The notes below the pieces were generated by a model. It was not told the DNA's origin and did no database searches. It saw only the letters and a list, made by a program, of their open reading frames with translations. A stretch of 64,000 nt of DNA. Origin: the human T2T-CHM13v2.0 reference genome, Homo sapiens. Made by a program: the position numbers and the translations under genes. Positions within the stretch are counted from its first letter, which is position 1. The number at the start of each line of letters is the position of its first letter. Positions 59,095 to 64,000 of the stretch are shown here, piece after piece. The stretch lies in the NCBI RefSeq assembly GCF_009914755.1, contig NC_060936.1; one strand, given 5' to 3'.

Positions 59095-62000
59095 TTTATA
59101 ATTACAACCCTGAGGCAGTTTAAGGTTTTTGTATTAGTTATCACAGTTTTATAGATATGTAGAAGTGCCAGTTAATAGAGTTCTAGTTGACAGAAGGCTA
59201 TTTAAATCTGTATTTGCCACAGTGAATAGCTAACATTTTACCTTGTTTTATATTTTTAACTCCTGGGAATGAATACTCTGTAGACATTATCTATAATGAG
59301 TGCAGAAGATACAATATCTGTTCTTTCATTAGTTGCTAACCTGGATCTCAATCTTGATTCTTCCTTTTGGCAATATATCTGTTAAAAATTCAACTGTTTT
59401 GGAATTTTGAAAGAAAGCAGTCCTGGAGGGTTGAGGACTGGGACATATTTTGGCAGAAACTTGGGTAAACTTTTGAAATAGTATTATAGTTTACCTTCAC
59501 GTTATCCCCAAAATCACCCCTGTCCCCAGCATACACACAAAAAGGCCTTTGCCGCATGGGCTTTTATTGTCGTAGAAGCTTTTCTTCTGTTTTCCAGTGA
59601 ACTATGTAAGATTAAAGTGCCCCAAATAATATATGACCCAAATAAGGCTCTGGTGAGATATTATGTTATATCCATTCTTCATCAATTTGTACTTTGTTCT
59701 TTTGTGTGTATTGCTAGGTTTTCCTTCTTAAGCCTGGTTCTGGACGGTATGTATCAACCTGTTTCTCTCATTGTTGTATTACAAGACTAATAAAACCTAA
59801 AAATTGGGTATCACTGTGGGCTGAGAGAGATTCTGTATACGTACAAAGTTCTGATACATCCTTGCAGGTAAAATGGTGTGGACTGGAGAACCAAAAAAGA
59901 CAACAACCTCACTTTTTACTTCATGGATCTGTTTAATTTTATATAAATAAATTATCCCATAAAAATTTAAATGGTGGCTGAATCTTTAATATATATAAGC
60001 ACCAGGAACCTTTGATAATAGAATTAAAGTTTTTTAGCCTTTAGATTAGTGAGATTACTAGGTCATTTTCCTAAATGTGCCACCACTTGTCTTTTGATTT
60101 ACAGCATAAGGTTTTTTTATGTTTGCTGTTTAATTTGTTAGGTAGGGTAACTAATTGGAATCTTGCCTCCAAGAATTTTTTCAGTTCTAAGGTTATCTTG
60201 ATATAAAAACAGTGATGTTGTTCACTGATCTATGCCAATCTCATGCTCTCTGGGAATTGAAATTGATTTTTTTGCTTTATTTTTTTGGTCCTTGGCATAC
60301 ACATTTATGTACCCTTTGAACAAGCATGATGCAAAAGGACTCAGGAAAACCAATAAGTAGTCATTCAGAAATTGGTTTTCAGGACATCACAAATTAGTTG
60401 CATCACAAGCCTCAGGATAAAACTAATGAAGTCACTAGTTCTTCCTGGTATTTTTATGTTTGAGCACACAGTGTGCAATAAGAACTGCCTTTAGAATTGA
60501 GAACAAACAACATAGATCTGATTTTTCTGGTCCTCATGAAATATGTAGAAATTAAACGACTCCTAGTTGTTGGGGAAAAGGATAGATGGCAGATGTACAT
60601 AGAGCCTGGGAGTATTTTCTTAGGTGTCTTTTGATAAGCATGCTTTTGTTTGTTAGTTAGATAATGGGTCCCATCTTGTGTGCTTGTTTTATGTGCATCG
60701 CACATGGGGCATTGCATTCATTTACTCCATGAAGTAAACATGATGTTTAAGCAAAAATGAAGTTTGTAGATATATAGTAATGGTCATATATACTATATGA
60801 AGGTAACAGGTGTATAAGAATGAATAAAATATGCTTGCCCTTCAGAAAGTTGTAATATATTTAATTTTTAATTAAAACATTTAAAACTTATTTTTCAGAG
60901 TGTTTGTTATTTATAGCTAGACTTTACAATTTATTATGGCCAGGCTGTGCTCAACACAAGATTCGGTTGGATCAGGTAACCATAATTGAGCATTATCCTG
61001 AGTTCTACACTGTTAATGAATGCTAATGCTCTTTTGAAGGTCTCCTATTTATGGCCTCAATAACCATAAAGGCTTTTCTGCCTATAGCAGATAAAGTCTG
61101 AATAATGTCACAGGAAGTTGCATGAGAAATTATGCCGTTACCTATAGCTTTTCCCCTTTTTGCCAGCTAACTAAAAATGTTCATTTGGTATATTCCCATA
61201 GGGTAAATGTCTGTATCATACCTCAGATTTTTTTTTTTTTTGTCAGAGTGGTAAAAGCATTTCATGCACTTTTGAGTAAGTTTCCTGATATTAGTGCTTA
61301 TTAATTGTATATTAAAAATTGAGGTGGAATTTTGATAGTAGTATGGTTAAAGTCTCAGAAATACCTGAACCTGCCCTGCCAATTACCTCTGTCCCTGTAC
61401 AGAGTCCCCAGGGAAGATGCATGCAGGCAACAGCAGCCAAATGATAATCAGAATACCACTTTATTAATAGCTTGAGATGGTGCCAATTACCCATAAGGCA
61501 AGGCTCTTTGGTAAAAGGCCATTTGGAGCACATATTTTTGGCTTGTGTCTCTATATGTACATTTTCAGTATGGATTCCCTCTAGCCTAGCTACAGTTCAG
61601 GAAAGAAGTCAAAAAGAGAAAGAAATGGTCATGCCCCTAGAGGGGTTCTAATTTCAACTTATCAGGCATCTTCATCTAAGAAGTTAAAAGAAGGCAAGAG
61701 GGAGTAGACTTTAGTTTTAGGCTCTTCAATGTATAGTGACATTGTCTGCTAATATTTAAGGTCCAGTCAGTGTTTTTGGATCTGACATATGAAAAGAGCA
61801 ACTGCTCCTTTGAAGAGGATGGACAGAGGTTGACCTGAAGAGGAGAGACAGGTCCAGTAGGATGGATAAATCATGGTACAGGTCAACCTGAAACCCTTGG
61901 AGTAAGAAATGTTTCACAGTTTGGACTTCTTCATATTTTAGGAAAACAATAAGGTGTATGTTTGTTTTTATGTCTATATACAATTATATGTAAACATATA

Positions 62001-62151
62001 CACACATATGTCTATGTACAGTCATGTATGCATATACACACATATACACTGTACTTAATATATCAACCTCAGTGTGGGCTAAGGAAGCACTCCTTGATTA
62101 AAAATATTACTGTTTCCTTAAGAAAATACATGAAAATGCACAATAAGTGGC

Positions 62152-63021
62152 TGTAGTGGAATATTGCCCCCTACCCCATGTCCACATCTCAATCCCCAGA
62201 ACCTTTGAATATGTCACTTTTCATGGTGTATTAGGCTGTTTTCACATTGCTAATAAAGACATACCCAATACTGGGTAATTTATAAAGGAAAGAGGTTTAA
62301 TGGACTTACAGTTCCACGTGGCTGGGGAGTCCTCACAATTATGGTGGAAAGTGAAGGGGAAGCAAGACACATCTTACATAGCAGCAAGTAAGAGAGAGCA
62401 TGTGCAGGGGAACTCCCGTTTATAAAACCATCAGATCTCATGAGACTTATTTATTACCATGAGAACAGTATGGGAAAGCCCCGCCCCCATGATTCAGTTA
62501 CCTCCCACCGGGTCCCTTCCCCGACACATGGGAATTATGGGAGCTAGAATTCAAGATGAGATTTGTGTGGGAACACAGCCACACCAGATCACATAGTAAA
62601 AGAGGCTTTGCAGATGCGATTTAGGTTTAAGGACTTGAAGATGATGATATTATCCTGGATTATATGAGTGGACCCAATTTGATTACATGGGTCCTTGAAA
62701 GCAGAGAATCTTTCCCAGCTGTGGTCAGAGGATATGATGATGGAAAAATGGTCAGAGAACTGTTACCTTCCTGACTTTGAAAATGGAAGAAGGGAGCTCT
62801 GGTAAAACAAATGCAGGTGGCCTCTAGCAGGTGAGAAAGGTAAGGAGACATATTCTCACCTAGAGGCTCCAGCACAGAAAGCGGTTTCTCTGGCACCTGG
62901 AATTTTAGCCCAGTGAGAACCCTGATGAACTTCTGACCTCCAGGACTGTAAGATAAACGTTTGTGTTTTAAGTCACTAAGTTTGAGGTAATTTATTACAG
63001 AAGCAATAGAAAACTAATAAA
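62152..63021 (+). mobile_element. MLT1D-like LTR split by THE1B
   Basis: tgtagtggaatattgcccc...aatccccagaacctttgaatatg...ttttaagtcactaagtttgaggtaattt...aactaataaa; TSD gtggc / gtggg. Confidence 0.85.
62227..62591 (-). mobile_element. THE1B-like solo LTR
   Basis: tgtattaggctgttttcac...gggaattatgggagctagaattcaagatgagatttg...ccagatca; TSD catgg / catag. Confidence 0.92.
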
Positions 63022-64000
63022 GTGGGATAAGGAGCTGTAATCTTATTTTATTTCAGGTGAGGTTATGAAAAACCTTTGGGTTTTTAGAGCTTTGGGGTTA
63101 TGAATTGCACTTAGGGATTGTAGACCTGTAGAAGGAATCGGGAATCTTGGTATTTTAACTGAATGATCTTATTGGGTGTGAATTTTTAATTCTAGCAGAA
63201 AGCGTTCCTTATAAAAATGTATTTTGGTTGTTACCTTCCCAGTACTTCAGCCTTTGCTGATTTTTTTAAAGTTGTATTAACTTCCGTTGCCTTTATGGAT
63301 CTTATGCTGGATGATGATTTATCCGACCAACTTGGCTGATCATGGGCCTTGGTTCACTGTAAATCAGATTAAGTAATGTATATGAAGGGCCTCACACTCT
63401 AAAGTACTGTGCAAATATACATTGGTCCTTGTTGATTATTTTTATTATTGAGCACCTGCTTTCTGTCCCTCCTTCCTTCTAGGATGGTTGGGGGTTGGAG
63501 GGGAGGAAATACTGCAGGGTGATTTTGTGAGTGTGGCAGTGGTACCGCCCCTTTCTCTGGCTGCCAGAAATCCCTTCCTGTACTCAGTCTTTACACTGTG
63601 TGTGGCTCCAACGGAGGTGGCGACTGGAATGAATGCCTCACCACAGAAAGACTGGATACCCTTGGGCTCACCCATGTTCCTCATTGTTAGCCACCTAATT
63701 GCATGAACATTTTAAGTGAGGAAGAGAGATTATCGATGTTCTGGTTCTTCTCTTGGCAGAATCCAGGGCAAAGTCCACATACTGAAACTTGCTGAGAAAA
63801 TATACCGTAAAGTATAAAGCATATTTTACCATACAGGTCAGCTGTTCACATTACAAATGCAGTATTTGTTTTTCTTGTAATGCTGTGCCATTGTAGTATA
63901 CTCCATTATTATGAAATGATTGTGGCTGTCTGATTCATGTTTGAAGTTTATGTTTTCAGTGATCTATTTCAGAATGATGATATTACCTTTGATTCAAATT

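Larger units (their letters stand above)
61879..63128. mobile_element. MER46C (TcMar-Tigger) split by MLT1D (61879-62151 and 63022-63128)
   Basis: ta|caggtc...gaaacccttgg and agggattgtagacctg|ta termini with TA TSDs. Confidence 0.75.

Overview
Primate, most likely human, genomic DNA. It is repeat-rich and I can find no intact protein-coding exon. Positions 1-50.5 kb look intergenic and are largely made of interspersed repeats: L2, MIR, Alu J/S/Y, a 5'-truncated ~6 kb L1PA7-like element with a 14-bp TSD, MaLR/ERVL LTRs including one complete LTR-int-LTR MST provirus, and many DNA-transposon fossils (MER5, MER20, MER58B, MER1, MADE1, MER94). A CpG island at ~50.7-51.8 kb holds a probable promoter and non-coding first exon on the + strand (donor CAG|GTAACG at 51263/51264). 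The rest of the window looks like intron 1 of that gene and contains full-length MER6A, L1PB1, AluY and a nested MER46C/MLT1D/THE1B stack. I cannot identify the gene reliably from sequence alone. The ORF track is explained by repeats, GC-rich sequence or chance. I found no evidence of a new multi-gene system. The most unusual signals are: two inverted AluY copies 30 kb apart sharing a private 3-bp insertion; a MADE1 (miR-548-type) hairpin with compensatory changes; local duplications at 9.7/11.0 kb and 7.0 kb; a candidate short L1 3' transduction; and a uORF in the first exon. Repeat subfamily names come from recalled consensus sequences and should be confirmed with RepeatMasker/Dfam.
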